Below, piece after piece: positions 38,701 through 48,102 of a stretch of 59,488 bases of DNA. Under the pieces are notes generated by a model, which worked only from the letters and a program-made list of their open reading frames with translations, was not told the origin of the DNA and ran no database searches. Origin of the DNA: Vicinamibacterales bacterium (GTDB lineage: Bacteria; Acidobacteriota; Vicinamibacteria; Vicinamibacterales; SCN-69-37); contig DASUGM010000304.1 of assembly GCA_036274055.1 (NCBI GenBank), forward strand, positions 1 through 59,488, given 5' to 3'. How positions within the stretch are numbered: the stretch's first letter is position 1; each line of letters begins with the position of its first letter. The position numbers and the translations under genes are program-made.

Positions 38701-39561
38701 CTAGTCGCCGCCCTTGATTTTCTTGAGCCCTTGCTCGGCGTTGATTGCCTGATTGGTGTTCGGGTACTGCTTGATCAACGCTTCCCACGTCGCGCGCGCC
38801 TGAGCGGGATTCTTGAGCTTGTCGAGCAGCGTCACGCCCTTCATGTACATCGCGTCGCGAGCATATTCGTTGTCTTTGTAGTTCGCAATCACCTTGTCGT
38901 AGGCGGCCACCGCTTCCTTCGCCTTGCTGCCGGCGTTGTAGGACTCGCCGATGTAGAACTGCGCTTTCGCGGCCTCGGTCGAGGCCGGGAAGGTCTTGAT
39001 CACTTCCTCGAAACCCTCGATCGCGAGCGTGTAGCGGCCCTGCAGGTAGTCGGCCATCGCCGGATTCATCAGCGACGCGGGTGACGCCGGCATCTGCGGC
39101 AGACGCGGCGTCGCCGCCGTCCCGGCTGACGCCGCCGGATCGCTCCCCGCGGTCGGCGGCTGGAGCAGCCCAATCAGCACGCTGACCTGGTCGTAGAGCA
39201 TCCGCACGCCTTCGCGGACGGCGGCAATCTCCTGCGTCGTCTGGGTGGTGCGCAGGGCGCTGTCCTCGAGCTTCTCGCGCATGGTCTGCATCGTGTTCTG
39301 CAGCCCGGTGATGGTGAGGCGCTGATCGGCGAACCCTTTGCTGGTCGCGGTTTCCTGGTCGACGAGACGTTTGTCGAGCGCCTTCATCTGCTCCGCGAGC
39401 TGGCTGACCATCGCGGCGAGGCGGGTGAGCTGTTCCTGATTCTGGCGAAGTTCGCCGAGCAGGATGGCTTCGGACCGGCTCTGCGCCGCGGCGGGGACGG
39501 CCGCAATCGTCGCGATCAGCAGGGCCGCGAGGAGGAAACGTCGCGGGGTCATACCCCTCAT
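38701..39561 (-). CDS. cpoB: Tol-Pal system protein CpoB/YbgF
   Basis: Signal peptide, N-terminal coiled coil, C-terminal TPR repeats. Lies downstream of pal. Confidence 0.75.
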   Translation of the reverse strand: MRGMTPRRFLLAALLIATIAAVPAAAQSRSEAILLGELRQNQEQLTRLAAMVSQLAEQMKALDKRLVDQETATSKGFADQRLTITGLQNTMQTMREKLEDSALRTTQTTQEIAAVREGVRMLYDQVSVLIGLLQPPTAGSDPAASAGTAATPRLPQMPASPASLMNPAMADYLQGRYTLAIEGFEEVIKTFPASTEAAKAQFYIGESYNAGSKAKEAVAAYDKVIANYKDNEYARDAMYMKGVTLLDKLKNPAQARATWEALIKQYPNTNQAINAEQGLKKIKGGD

Positions 39562-39562
39562 T

Positions 39563-40171
39563 TTATTTCGAGACCAGCATGAAATGCGCGCGGCGATTCT
39601 GCGACCAGGCGCGCTCCTCGTGCCCCGGATCGAACGGGAACTCCTTGCCGTAGCTCACGGTCCGCAACCGATCGGCGGCAATCCCGAGCGACATCAGGTA
39701 GTTTTTCGCGCTCAGCGCCCGGCGATCGCCGAGCGCCAGGTTGTACTCGGCGGTGCCACGCTCGTCGCAATGGCCTTCGACCGTGATCACCCAGGTGCTG
39801 TACTGCTTGAGCACGCTCGCGTTCGCTTCGAGGATCTTCTTCGACGCGTCGTCGATCTCGTCGCTGTCGTACAGGAAGTAGATCGGCTTGAGCGGCGAGT
39901 TCTCCGGCTTGTTGATCTCGTCGATCGCCATCGCGTTCAGATCTTTGCCGCCGGTGGACGTCACCGGCGGGTTGTCGATGATCGTCGGCGGCTGAGGCGG
40001 CACTGGCGCCGGCGGCGGGGGAGTGCCACCGCCAGCCGGCGCCGTCGGCCCGCCGGACGCGGGCGGGAAAGCCACCGGGGGCTTCTTCTTGCAGCCGGCC
40101 ACGGCCAGGGCCGTCACCGCCAGAGTGACGATCAATACGGAGATACCGGAGCGTCTCATCATCTGCCTCAT
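39563..40171 (-). CDS. pal: peptidoglycan-associated lipoprotein (OmpA-like)
   Basis: Lipobox LAVAGC and an OmpA_C domain (GHCDERGTAEYNLALGDRRA). Confidence 0.9.
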   Translation of the reverse strand: MRQMMRRSGISVLIVTLAVTALAVAGCKKKPPVAFPPASGGPTAPAGGGTPPPPAPVPPQPPTIIDNPPVTSTGGKDLNAMAIDEINKPENSPLKPIYFLYDSDEIDDASKKILEANASVLKQYSTWVITVEGHCDERGTAEYNLALGDRRALSAKNYLMSLGIAADRLRTVSYGKEFPFDPGHEERAWSQNRRAHFMLVSK

Positions 40172-40180
40172 GGGGAGCGG

Positions 40181-41605
40181 TCAGCGAATCGGCTGCCAGC
40201 TCGGATACGTGTTGTTGCCCGTGTTGGTAATCTGCCGGACATCGCTGCCGCGCCGATCGACGATGGCGATCTGATCCTTGCCCCAGCGCGACGTCGTGAA
40301 CGCGATGTGCCGGCCGCTCGGCGAGACCGCCGGGCTGCCGTTGTCGCCCTTGCCGTCGGTGAGCACCGTGACCTGCCGGCTCACGAGGTCGAGCAGCGAA
40401 ATGTCGTGGCCGAAGTTCGAGCCGGAGGTGAACGCGATGAAGCCCAGCGTCGACCACGTCGGACGATCGACGCGCTGGTCGATGAGGCGTTCAATCGCCT
40501 GGCCGCTGATCCCGATCAAATACAGCTGCGGCGTGCTGCCGGTGGCGCGATCGGAGGTGAAGGCAATCTGCTGCCCGTTGGGAGACCAGGTCGGATTCTG
40601 ATCGGCGGCGGGATGATTGGTCAGGTTGCGGGCGTCGCCGCCGTCGGCGTTGGCGATCCAGATGTCGTAGTTGCCGGATCGATTCGACACGTACGCGATC
40701 TTGCTCCCGTCGGGCGACCACGCCGCCTGATTGTTCTGCACCCGATCGTTGCCGTTGCCGGGCCGTCGCAGCCCGCGCCCGGCTTCGGCGAGATTCGCGA
40801 CGTAGATGTCGGGAAAGCTCGTCTGATACGACGTGAACACGATCTGGTTGCCGTTCGGCGACCAGCGCGAGTGGATATTCAAGCTGTTGTTGAACGTGAA
40901 TCGCTGCTGATTCGCGCCGTCGTAATCGGAGACATAGATCTCCTTGCCCGAAACGGGCACGCCGGTACGAGTACTCATTCGTGCCGAGTCGCGATCCGAC
41001 GAGAACGCCAGCCGCGTCCTGGCGACGCCGTCGAGCCCGCGCTTCTTCTTGTGAATGTCGTCGGCGATCGAATGCGAGCAGAAGCGCGGGTTGGCCAGCG
41101 CGCAGTGCTCGTAGAGTGACGAGAACCCGATCTGACCGGCGGCCGGGCTGCCCGGCGCGCCGACGATGTCGATCTTGACGCTGAACTCCTTGCCGGAGCG
41201 GGTCACGGTGCCGATGACCACCGCGTCGGCGCCAGCGCCGGACGAGCCCCAATCCGGTCGTTGGGCGACGTCCTCGGGACGCGCCGGCGCGCCCAACGAC
41301 GCCGTCTTGGCGCGAGGCACCAGCGAGTACTCGCGCTCGAAGTCGAAGTCGGCCCAGAGCACGTCGGCCAGCAGCTTGCTCAGCGCCGCCGCGTCGGCAT
41401 CCCCGCTCGGCACGACGAAGTCCGCCACCGCGAGCACGGTTCGCTTGGTCGTCGAACTGAGGGTCACCGAGAGTTCCGCCTGCTGCGCCGGCGCCGTCTG
41501 CTGCTCGGTCGCGACGACGTCGCGGGTGGCGACGGGCACCGCGATCGTCGCCAGCGCGGCGACGGCCGCGCCAATCACTGTCGTTCGAACCTGAAGTCTG
41601 CGCAT
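40181..41605 (-). CDS. tolB: Tol-Pal system beta-propeller protein TolB
   Basis: Start trimmed to MRRLQVRTTVIGAAVAALA. Repeated WSPDG/WSPNG propeller blades. Confidence 0.9.
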   Translation of the reverse strand: MRRLQVRTTVIGAAVAALATIAVPVATRDVVATEQQTAPAQQAELSVTLSSTTKRTVLAVADFVVPSGDADAAALSKLLADVLWADFDFEREYSLVPRAKTASLGAPARPEDVAQRPDWGSSGAGADAVVIGTVTRSGKEFSVKIDIVGAPGSPAAGQIGFSSLYEHCALANPRFCSHSIADDIHKKKRGLDGVARTRLAFSSDRDSARMSTRTGVPVSGKEIYVSDYDGANQQRFTFNNSLNIHSRWSPNGNQIVFTSYQTSFPDIYVANLAEAGRGLRRPGNGNDRVQNNQAAWSPDGSKIAYVSNRSGNYDIWIANADGGDARNLTNHPAADQNPTWSPNGQQIAFTSDRATGSTPQLYLIGISGQAIERLIDQRVDRPTWSTLGFIAFTSGSNFGHDISLLDLVSRQVTVLTDGKGDNGSPAVSPSGRHIAFTTSRWGKDQIAIVDRRGSDVRQITNTGNNTYPSWQPIR

Positions 41606-41607
41606 GT

Positions 41608-42387
41608 TCACCTGGAGCTGTGGTCGAAGCCGAGACGGATGATCAACGTCTTGTTCGGGTACGCCGACGGCAGCGGCGGCAGTCTGGACATCTGCAGCGC
41701 CCGTTGCGCGGCGCGGTCGAGCAGACCAATGCCCGACGGCTGCGTCACCTCGGCGCCCGTGATCGAACCATCCTTGTTGATCGTGAAGCGAATGATGGTC
41801 ATCCCCCTGCCGTTCGGATCGCGCTGCCAATTCGAACGAATGATGTTCGAGAACGTCGTGATGTATTCCGGACAACAGAAATTCGCGAGATCGGTTTCGC
41901 CGCCGGTGCCTTCGCCGCCTGGAATCGTCAATCCCTCGCCAAGCGTCTGCACGCCGGTATCAACCCGCGCCGTGCCTTGCGCGACCCGCTGGCCGGTGGT
42001 CGGCGGGCGAGTGTCGGTCGTCGGCTTGGGTGTCTCGACCGGTTTGATCGGCGCCTGCGGCGTGCTCTTGACGAGCGCGGCCGACGGATCCGGCTTCTGT
42101 TCGGGCGGACGCGGCGGCGTCCGCACCGGCGGCGCCACAGCTTCCACGGTCTTCGAACTGATCTGCGTCGTGCCGCTCGTCTTTTGTCCCGGCGAGCCGG
42201 CGAGGCTGATCGTCATCACCTGCGTCTGCGGCCGCGCGTCGGTGAACCACGACCGCGGCAGCACGAAGAGCAGGATCACCGCGCCGATGTGGACGGCGAA
42301 CGAAAAGCTCAGCGTCCGATTGAGCGCGCGTGGGGCGCGCTCGTGCCAGTCGACGTTCGATCGCGTCGCCACCGTAGTCGTCGTCAC
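41608..42387 (-). CDS. TonB-C family energy transducer in the TolA position
   Basis: GTG start overlaps the tolR stop (GTGA). One TM helix, a Pro/Thr-rich linker, and a C-terminal TonB_C-like domain (RFTINKDGSITGAEV). Confidence 0.7.
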   Translation of the reverse strand: MTTTTVATRSNVDWHERAPRALNRTLSFSFAVHIGAVILLFVLPRSWFTDARPQTQVMTISLAGSPGQKTSGTTQISSKTVEAVAPPVRTPPRPPEQKPDPSAALVKSTPQAPIKPVETPKPTTDTRPPTTGQRVAQGTARVDTGVQTLGEGLTIPGGEGTGGETDLANFCCPEYITTFSNIIRSNWQRDPNGRGMTIIRFTINKDGSITGAEVTQPSGIGLLDRAAQRALQMSRLPPLPSAYPNKTLIIRLGFDHSSR

Positions 42388-42860
42388 GGCCGGCCTCCGC
42401 CGCCGATTGGCTGCGTCTGCAGGTTGACGTTGACGACGCCGCCGGCTTTCAGCGCGTCGGCCACCGTGACCGTCTCCTGCATCGTCACGCCGCCGTCGGT
42501 GGCGAGCATCACGTCCTTCTTGGTCTTGCCTTCCATCGCCTGGCGAATGCGCGTGTCGAGGAACTCGAGCTTGACCCACTGACCGTCGATCATGACGCGC
42601 TGATCGCGGCGGAACGAGATCGGCACGGTCACCGTCACCGGCGCGCTCGCGGCCGGCATGTTCTTGCCCTTCGGCAGCGTCACCTGCAGCCCCTGCTGCA
42701 TCATCGGCGCGGCGACCATGAAGATCACGAGCAGCACCAGCATCACGTCGACGAGCGGGACGACGTTGATCTCGGCGAGCGAACTCGACACCCGCGCCGA
42801 CCGGCCGCGCCGGCCGCCGAGCCGCCCCGCCGACGACGACAGCGAATCAAGCTTCGGCAT
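42384..42860 (-). CDS. tolR: ExbD/TolR family biopolymer transport protein
   Basis: INVVPLVDVMLVLLVIFMV signature. Confidence 0.85.
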   Translation of the reverse strand: MPKLDSLSSSAGRLGGRRGRSARVSSSLAEINVVPLVDVMLVLLVIFMVAAPMMQQGLQVTLPKGKNMPAASAPVTVTVPISFRRDQRVMIDGQWVKLEFLDTRIRQAMEGKTKKDVMLATDGGVTMQETVTVADALKAGGVVNVNLQTQPIGGGGRP

Positions 42861-42872
42861 CGCGTCCCGTCC

Positions 42873-43646
42873 TCACGTGAAATTGCGTTCGGCGATGGTC
42901 AGAAACTCCATCGAGAAGTCGTCCATCTCGTTGGAAAACTTCTTCACGTTGCTGAGAATGTCATTGTAGAAGTAGACCGCGGGAATCGCCGCGAATAGTC
43001 CGGCCGCGGTGGCGATCAGCGCCTGCGAGATCCCCGGCGCGACCACGCCGAGGCTGGTCGAGCCCTGGGACGCGATGCTCTGAAACGACATCATGATCCC
43101 CCACACGGTGCCGAACAACCCGATGTACGGCGAAATCGACGCGGTGGTGGCCAGAAACGTCATCCGTTGTTCGAGCTTGCTGATTTCCGCCGTCGACGCG
43201 CGCAAGAGCGCGCGGTCCACCGACTCGAGGCTTCTCAAGGTAGGACGCGCGGCCGCCGCGCCCGGCTTCGGATCGCCGGCGCTGCGCAACTGCGCATTCA
43301 GTTCCGCATAGCCCGCCTGAAACAAGCCGACCAGCGGACTCGCGGCGACGTTGGCACAGACCGCCTGGACTTCGGAGAAGCGTGAGCTCTTCCGGAACAC
43401 GTCGAGGAATTGCACCGTCTGCCTTGCGGCGCGCGCCAGCTGCATCTTCTTGAAAATGATGATGCCCCACGAGCCCGCCGAAAAAATCAGCAGCGTCGCC
43501 AATACCGCCAATTCGACGGCTCCGGCGTGCGACAGGGAAGTCAGAAGATCTTGAGATTGCGCCGCTGCGTCAGACGTTCCTGCAGCGGCGCCTTGATTCT
43601 GGAGCGCCAGAACCAGCGTTCCGAGCAAGCGCAACACGCCCTCCAC
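42873..43646 (-). CDS. tolQ: MotA/TolQ/ExbB proton channel protein
   Basis: PYIGLFGTVWGIM and ALIATAAGL motifs. First gene of the tol cluster. Confidence 0.85.
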   Translation of the reverse strand: MEGVLRLLGTLVLALQNQGAAAGTSDAAAQSQDLLTSLSHAGAVELAVLATLLIFSAGSWGIIIFKKMQLARAARQTVQFLDVFRKSSRFSEVQAVCANVAASPLVGLFQAGYAELNAQLRSAGDPKPGAAAARPTLRSLESVDRALLRASTAEISKLEQRMTFLATTASISPYIGLFGTVWGIMMSFQSIASQGSTSLGVVAPGISQALIATAAGLFAAIPAVYFYNDILSNVKKFSNEMDDFSMEFLTIAERNFT

Positions 43647-43678
43647 TCAATCGTGGTGATGCGCCGCTGGGAACAGCG

Positions 43679-43688
43679 CGAACGTTCG
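43679..43688. promoter_or_regulatory. 10-bp perfect palindrome CGAACGTTCG in the tolQ/recN divergent region; candidate repressor (SOS-type) site
   Basis: GAAC at 43671 and 43680, GTTC at 43684, about 63 nt upstream of the recN ATG. Confidence 0.3.
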
Positions 43689-43750
43689 GAGCGTAACACG
43701 CGCCCTGATGGCTGTCAAAGGTCTGATACGATTGTAGTTCCGGTTCTACG

Positions 43751-45490
43751 ATGCTTCGCTTCCTGGGCGTGCGCCATCTGGCGGTGATCGATCAGCTGGA
43801 GGTCGAGTTCGAGCCCGGCCTCACCGTGCTCACCGGCGAAACCGGCGCGGGCAAGTCCATTCTCATCGAAGCGATCGACCTGCTCGTCGGCGGCCGCGCC
43901 AGCGCCGACCTGGTGCGCACCGGCGAGGAACACGCCGCGATTCAAGCCGTCTTCGATCGCCCGGACGGCCGCGAAGTGATCGTCCGCCGCGAGATTTCCG
44001 CCGCCGGACGCAGCCGCGCGTTCATCGACGACGCGCTCGCGACGACGACGGCGCTGAAGGACCTCGGCGAAGGACTCGTCGATCTGCACGGGCAACACGA
44101 ACATCAGGCGCTGCTCGATCCGGCCGAACACATCGCGCTGCTCGATACGTTTCTCGATCGGCCCGATCAGCTCGCCGACGTCGCCGCGCGCTTCGCGGAC
44201 TGGCGCGCCGCGCTCGCGGCACTCGATCGCACGCGCCTCGACGACCGCGAGAAGCGCGCCCGGATCGACATGGCGTCGTTCCAGCTGCACGAGATCGACA
44301 AGATCGCGCCGCGCGCCGGCGAAGACGAGCAACTGGCGGCCGAGCGCACGGTGCTGGCCAACGCCGACCGCCTCACCCGGCTCTCGACCGAAGCCTACGC
44401 GGCGCTGTACGACGGCGAGCATGCGGCGCTGCCGTCACTCGCGACGGTCTGGAAGCGCGTCGCCGACCTGGCGGCGCTGGATCCGCGATTCGCGCCGTAT
44501 CTCGATCACCGCGACGCCGTGAAGTCGAGCCTCGAAGATCTGGCGTATTTCCTCCGGTCCTATGCCGCGCATCTCGAGGCCTCGCCCGACCGCCTGCAGA
44601 TCGTCGAAGACCGGCTGGCGTCGCTCGAGCGGCTGACGCGAAAATACGGCCCCTCGCTCACCGACGTCCTCGCGACGCAGCAGCGCCTGAAGGACGAGTT
44701 GGCCGCGCTCGGCGCCAGCGAAGAGCATGTGGAGAAACTCGAAACCGACGAACGCGGGGCGCGTGAACGGTTCCTGACCGCCGCGCAGGCAATCGCGGGA
44801 CTGCGCCGTGCCGCCGCCGCCAAACTCTCGCGCACCCTCGAAGCTGAGCTCGCCGAACTGGCGATGCCGGCCTCCCGCGTTGACGTCCGGGTCCTGCCGC
44901 TCGACCGGCCCGAGGACTGGACCGCCCGTGGCAGCGACCGGGTCGAGTTTTTCCTGTCGCCAAATCCGGGAGAGGAATTGCGGCCGCTCGCGCGCATCGC
45001 TTCAGGCGGCGAGCTGTCCCGCGTGATGCTGGCGCTCCGGACCCTTGCGGCTCCTGACGCCGACGGCCGGACGCTGGTGTTCGACGAGGTCGATGCCGGC
45101 ATCGGTGGGGCAGCAGCCGACGCGGTCGGGGCACGGCTGGCGCGGCTGAGCGAGCGCTATCAGGTGCTCTGCATCACGCATCTCGCGCAGATCGCGGCGC
45201 GCGCGACCACGCACCTGCACATCGCCAAACACGTCCGCGCCGGCCGCACCGCGACAACGCTCACGTCGCTCGACGTCGCCGGCCGCGAACTCGAGCTGGC
45301 TCGCATGATTGCCGGCGCCGAAGTCTCGGCGGAGGTTCGCGCGTCGGCGCGCGCGATGCTGACGTCGCGACAAAGCGAAACAAAAACAAAACTTGCGCAA
45401 AACGCCAGCAAATCAGCCGGTGGCCATCCGAAAGGCGAAAGCGAAAGTGTCGCCCGGGCGAAGGCGAAAGGACGCCGCCGTGGCGCGTAA
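43751..45490 (+). CDS. recN: DNA repair protein RecN
   Basis: N-terminal Walker A GETGAGKSIL, coiled-coil middle, C-terminal SGGELSRVMLAL and LVFDEVDAGIGG. Carries an unusual ~40-aa Lys/Ala-rich tail. Confidence 0.93.
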   Translation: MLRFLGVRHLAVIDQLEVEFEPGLTVLTGETGAGKSILIEAIDLLVGGRASADLVRTGEEHAAIQAVFDRPDGREVIVRREISAAGRSRAFIDDALATTTALKDLGEGLVDLHGQHEHQALLDPAEHIALLDTFLDRPDQLADVAARFADWRAALAALDRTRLDDREKRARIDMASFQLHEIDKIAPRAGEDEQLAAERTVLANADRLTRLSTEAYAALYDGEHAALPSLATVWKRVADLAALDPRFAPYLDHRDAVKSSLEDLAYFLRSYAAHLEASPDRLQIVEDRLASLERLTRKYGPSLTDVLATQQRLKDELAALGASEEHVEKLETDERGARERFLTAAQAIAGLRRAAAAKLSRTLEAELAELAMPASRVDVRVLPLDRPEDWTARGSDRVEFFLSPNPGEELRPLARIASGGELSRVMLALRTLAAPDADGRTLVFDEVDAGIGGAAADAVGARLARLSERYQVLCITHLAQIAARATTHLHIAKHVRAGRTATTLTSLDVAGRELELARMIAGAEVSAEVRASARAMLTSRQSETKTKLAQNASKSAGGHPKGESESVARAKAKGRRRGA

Positions 45491-46808
45491 GTATCTCGTC
45501 GAGACCTTCGGCTGTCAGATGAACTACCACGACTCCGAGCGCATTGCCGGGCTGCTCGAAGCGCAGGGCTACGAGCACACCGCGAACGAGCGCGACGCCG
45601 ATCTGGTCGTCATCAACACATGCAGCGTCCGTGAACGCGCCGAAGACAAGCTCTACACCCGGCTCGGAGAAATCCGCGAGATGGCGGCGGAGACCGGGCG
45701 CACGCCATTGGTCGCCGTCGCTGGCTGCGTCGCGCAGCAGGAGGGGGAGCGGCTCCTCAAGCGCGACAAGTCCATCGACGTCGTCATCGGCACGCAGAGC
45801 CTGAAGGAGCTGCCCCGCCTGGTTCAGGAAGCGGCAGAGGTCCGCAAGCCGCGCGTTGACACGCACCCGCACGACGACGTCTCGTTCCCGCTGGGTGTGG
45901 CGCGGCCGTCGGATGCGGTTCGGGCCTGGGTGACGATCATCGAAGGGTGCAACGAATTCTGCGCCTTCTGCGTTGTCCCGTACACCCGCGGCCACGAGCG
46001 CATGCGACCGGTGCGGGACATCCTCGCCGAGGTCAAACAGGCCGCCGACAGCGGCCGGCAGGAAGTGCAGCTACTCGGGCAGATCGTCAATCACTACCAG
46101 GCGCCGGACGATCCTGGCTGCGATTTCGCTGAGCTGTTGACGCGGACCGCGGCAGTGCCGGGCATCGCCCGCGTCCGGTTCGCGAGCCCGCACCCGAGAC
46201 ACGTGAACGATCGGCTGATCGCCGTCCTGCGCGACGTCCCCCAGATCTGCAAGCATCTCCACATGCCGGTGCAGTCAGGATCGAACCGCATCCTGAAAGC
46301 GATGCGGCGGCGCTACACGCGGGAGAGCTACCTCGATCTCGTCGACCGTCTCCGGCAGGAAGTCCCTGGAGTGGCGCTGTCGACCGACATGATCGTCGGC
46401 TTCCCGGGCGAAACAGCGGAGGACTTCGACGAGACGCTCGACCTGGTCCGCCGGGCGCGCTATCACTCGATGTACTCGTTCAAGTACTCGCCGCGGCCGA
46501 ACACGCTGGCAATCAAGCGGATGGCTGACGACGTCCCGGAGATCGAGAAGACCCGGCGGATTCTGGCGCTCCAGGCGCTGCAGCAAGCGGCGCAGACGGC
46601 GCACTTCGAGGCGGCTGTCGGCACGGTCGAAGACATTCTGGTGGACGGCGCGTCGAGACGGCGCGACCATGAAGTGGCGGGCCGCACCAGCGGCAACACC
46701 GTCGTGAACTTCCCCGGACCGGCCGACTGGATCGGCAGGATCATCCCGGTACGGATCACCGCGGCCGGACCTAACAGTCTGCGAGGGGAGCCATGCTTGT
46801 CGAGATGA
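45480..46808 (+). CDS. miaB: tRNA-i6A37 methylthiotransferase MiaB
   Basis: ETFGCQMNYHDSE, radical-SAM CNEFCAFCVVP, and a TRAM C-terminus. I prefer the GTG at 45480 over the upstream start of the 45393 ORF. Confidence 0.9.
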   Translation: MARKYLVETFGCQMNYHDSERIAGLLEAQGYEHTANERDADLVVINTCSVRERAEDKLYTRLGEIREMAAETGRTPLVAVAGCVAQQEGERLLKRDKSIDVVIGTQSLKELPRLVQEAAEVRKPRVDTHPHDDVSFPLGVARPSDAVRAWVTIIEGCNEFCAFCVVPYTRGHERMRPVRDILAEVKQAADSGRQEVQLLGQIVNHYQAPDDPGCDFAELLTRTAAVPGIARVRFASPHPRHVNDRLIAVLRDVPQICKHLHMPVQSGSNRILKAMRRRYTRESYLDLVDRLRQEVPGVALSTDMIVGFPGETAEDFDETLDLVRRARYHSMYSFKYSPRPNTLAIKRMADDVPEIEKTRRILALQALQQAAQTAHFEAAVGTVEDILVDGASRRRDHEVAGRTSGNTVVNFPGPADWIGRIIPVRITAAGPNSLRGEPCLSR

Positions 46809-47275
46809 GCATCAAAGGCCTGATGGTCGACCCGGTCACCAACATGCCGATAGTCATTCTCCGCGACGAAGACGGGCAGCGCGCCTTGCCGATCTGGGTT
46901 GGGCCGGTTGAAGCCAACGCGATCGCGCTGCAAATCGAGAACGTCGCGCCGCCGCGGCCGATGACCCACGATCTGCTCCGCAACCTGCTCCACGAACTCG
47001 GCGCGCAGCTGGTTCGCGTCGTGATCGCCGACCTGCGCGAGAGCACGTTCTACGCGTATCTCGAGCTTCGCCGCGGCGAGGAGACGCTGTTCGTCGACGC
47101 GCGCCCGAGCGATGCGCTGGCATTGTCGCTGCGGACCAAAGCGCCGATCTTCGTCGACAATCTGGTGCTCGAATCGGCCAAATCGGTGGACGTTTCCTCG
47201 GATCAGGTCGATCGGGAACGGCTGCAGCGGTGGCTCGAAAGCTTGGATCCGGACGATTTAGGCTACAAGATGTAG
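46793..47275 (+). CDS. bifunctional nuclease family protein (DUF151)
   Basis: PIVILRDEDGQRALPIWVGPVEANAIA ... RPMTHDLL. Confidence 0.8.
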   Translation: MLVEMSIKGLMVDPVTNMPIVILRDEDGQRALPIWVGPVEANAIALQIENVAPPRPMTHDLLRNLLHELGAQLVRVVIADLRESTFYAYLELRRGEETLFVDARPSDALALSLRTKAPIFVDNLVLESAKSVDVSSDQVDRERLQRWLESLDPDDLGYKM

Positions 47276-47284
47276 TGCTTTTGA

Positions 47285-47313
47285 TTGACAGGCCCCAAGC
47301 GGGTTCCTAGAAT
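47285..47313 (+). promoter_or_regulatory. sigma-70-type promoter for parAB
   Basis: TTGACA (47285-47290), 17-nt spacer, TAGAAT (47308-47313), 34 nt upstream of the parA ATG. Confidence 0.6.
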
Positions 47314-47346
47314 GGGCGGACGCCTGACGAAACTGTCAATCGCCCA

Positions 47347-48102
47347 ATGGTCATATCAATCGCCAACCAGAAAGGCGGCGTTGGCAAAACAACCACCGCC
47401 ATCAACCTTGCGGCGGCGTTCGCTCTCCGAAAGAAACGCACCCTCCTGATTGACCTCGACCCACAGGCCAACAGCACGATGTCGTATCTCGACATCATGC
47501 AGGTCGAGAAGTCGATGTACGACGTGTTCGTCGATCCGCAGCTGGCGCTGGCGGACGTCATAAAGCCCTCGAATCAACCGAACCTCTGGGTCGCGCCGTC
47601 GCGGATCGCGCTGGCGAAGCTCGAGGCGCGGTTAGTGGGCGAGTTGGATGCGCATTTCAAGCTGAAGGATCGGCTCGCGGCGGTCGCGGCCGACTACGAC
47701 GCCGTTGTCATCGACTGCCCGCCGGCGCTGGGGCTGCTGACCGTCAACGCGCTGGTAGCCTCGAGCCACCTGCTGATTCCGATTCAGTCGTCGTACTTTG
47801 CCCTGGAAGGCACGGACGACCTGCTCGAGACGATCGAGAAGGTCCGCGCCCGCGCCAACCCCACGCTGAAGATCCTCGGCGTCGTCATCACCATGCACGA
47901 CAAGCGGACGGCGCTGGCGCGGGACATCCGGACGCAGATCGACAAGGTGTTCGGCAAGAAGGTCTTCCGGACGGTGATTACGAAGAGCGTGCGCCTGGAA
48001 GAGAGCCCGGCGTACAAGGAGTCCATCTTCAAGTTCGCTCCGGATTCGTCGGGCGCCACCGAGTATTACCGGCTCTGCGAGGAGGTCATGGATCGTGTCT
48101 AA
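47347..48102 (+). CDS. parA: chromosome partitioning ATPase ParA/Soj
   Basis: Deviant Walker A NQKGGVGKTTT. Typical Soj sequence. Confidence 0.9.
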   Translation: MVISIANQKGGVGKTTTAINLAAAFALRKKRTLLIDLDPQANSTMSYLDIMQVEKSMYDVFVDPQLALADVIKPSNQPNLWVAPSRIALAKLEARLVGELDAHFKLKDRLAAVAADYDAVVIDCPPALGLLTVNALVASSHLLIPIQSSYFALEGTDDLLETIEKVRARANPTLKILGVVITMHDKRTALARDIRTQIDKVFGKKVFRTVITKSVRLEESPAYKESIFKFAPDSSGATEYYRLCEEVMDRV

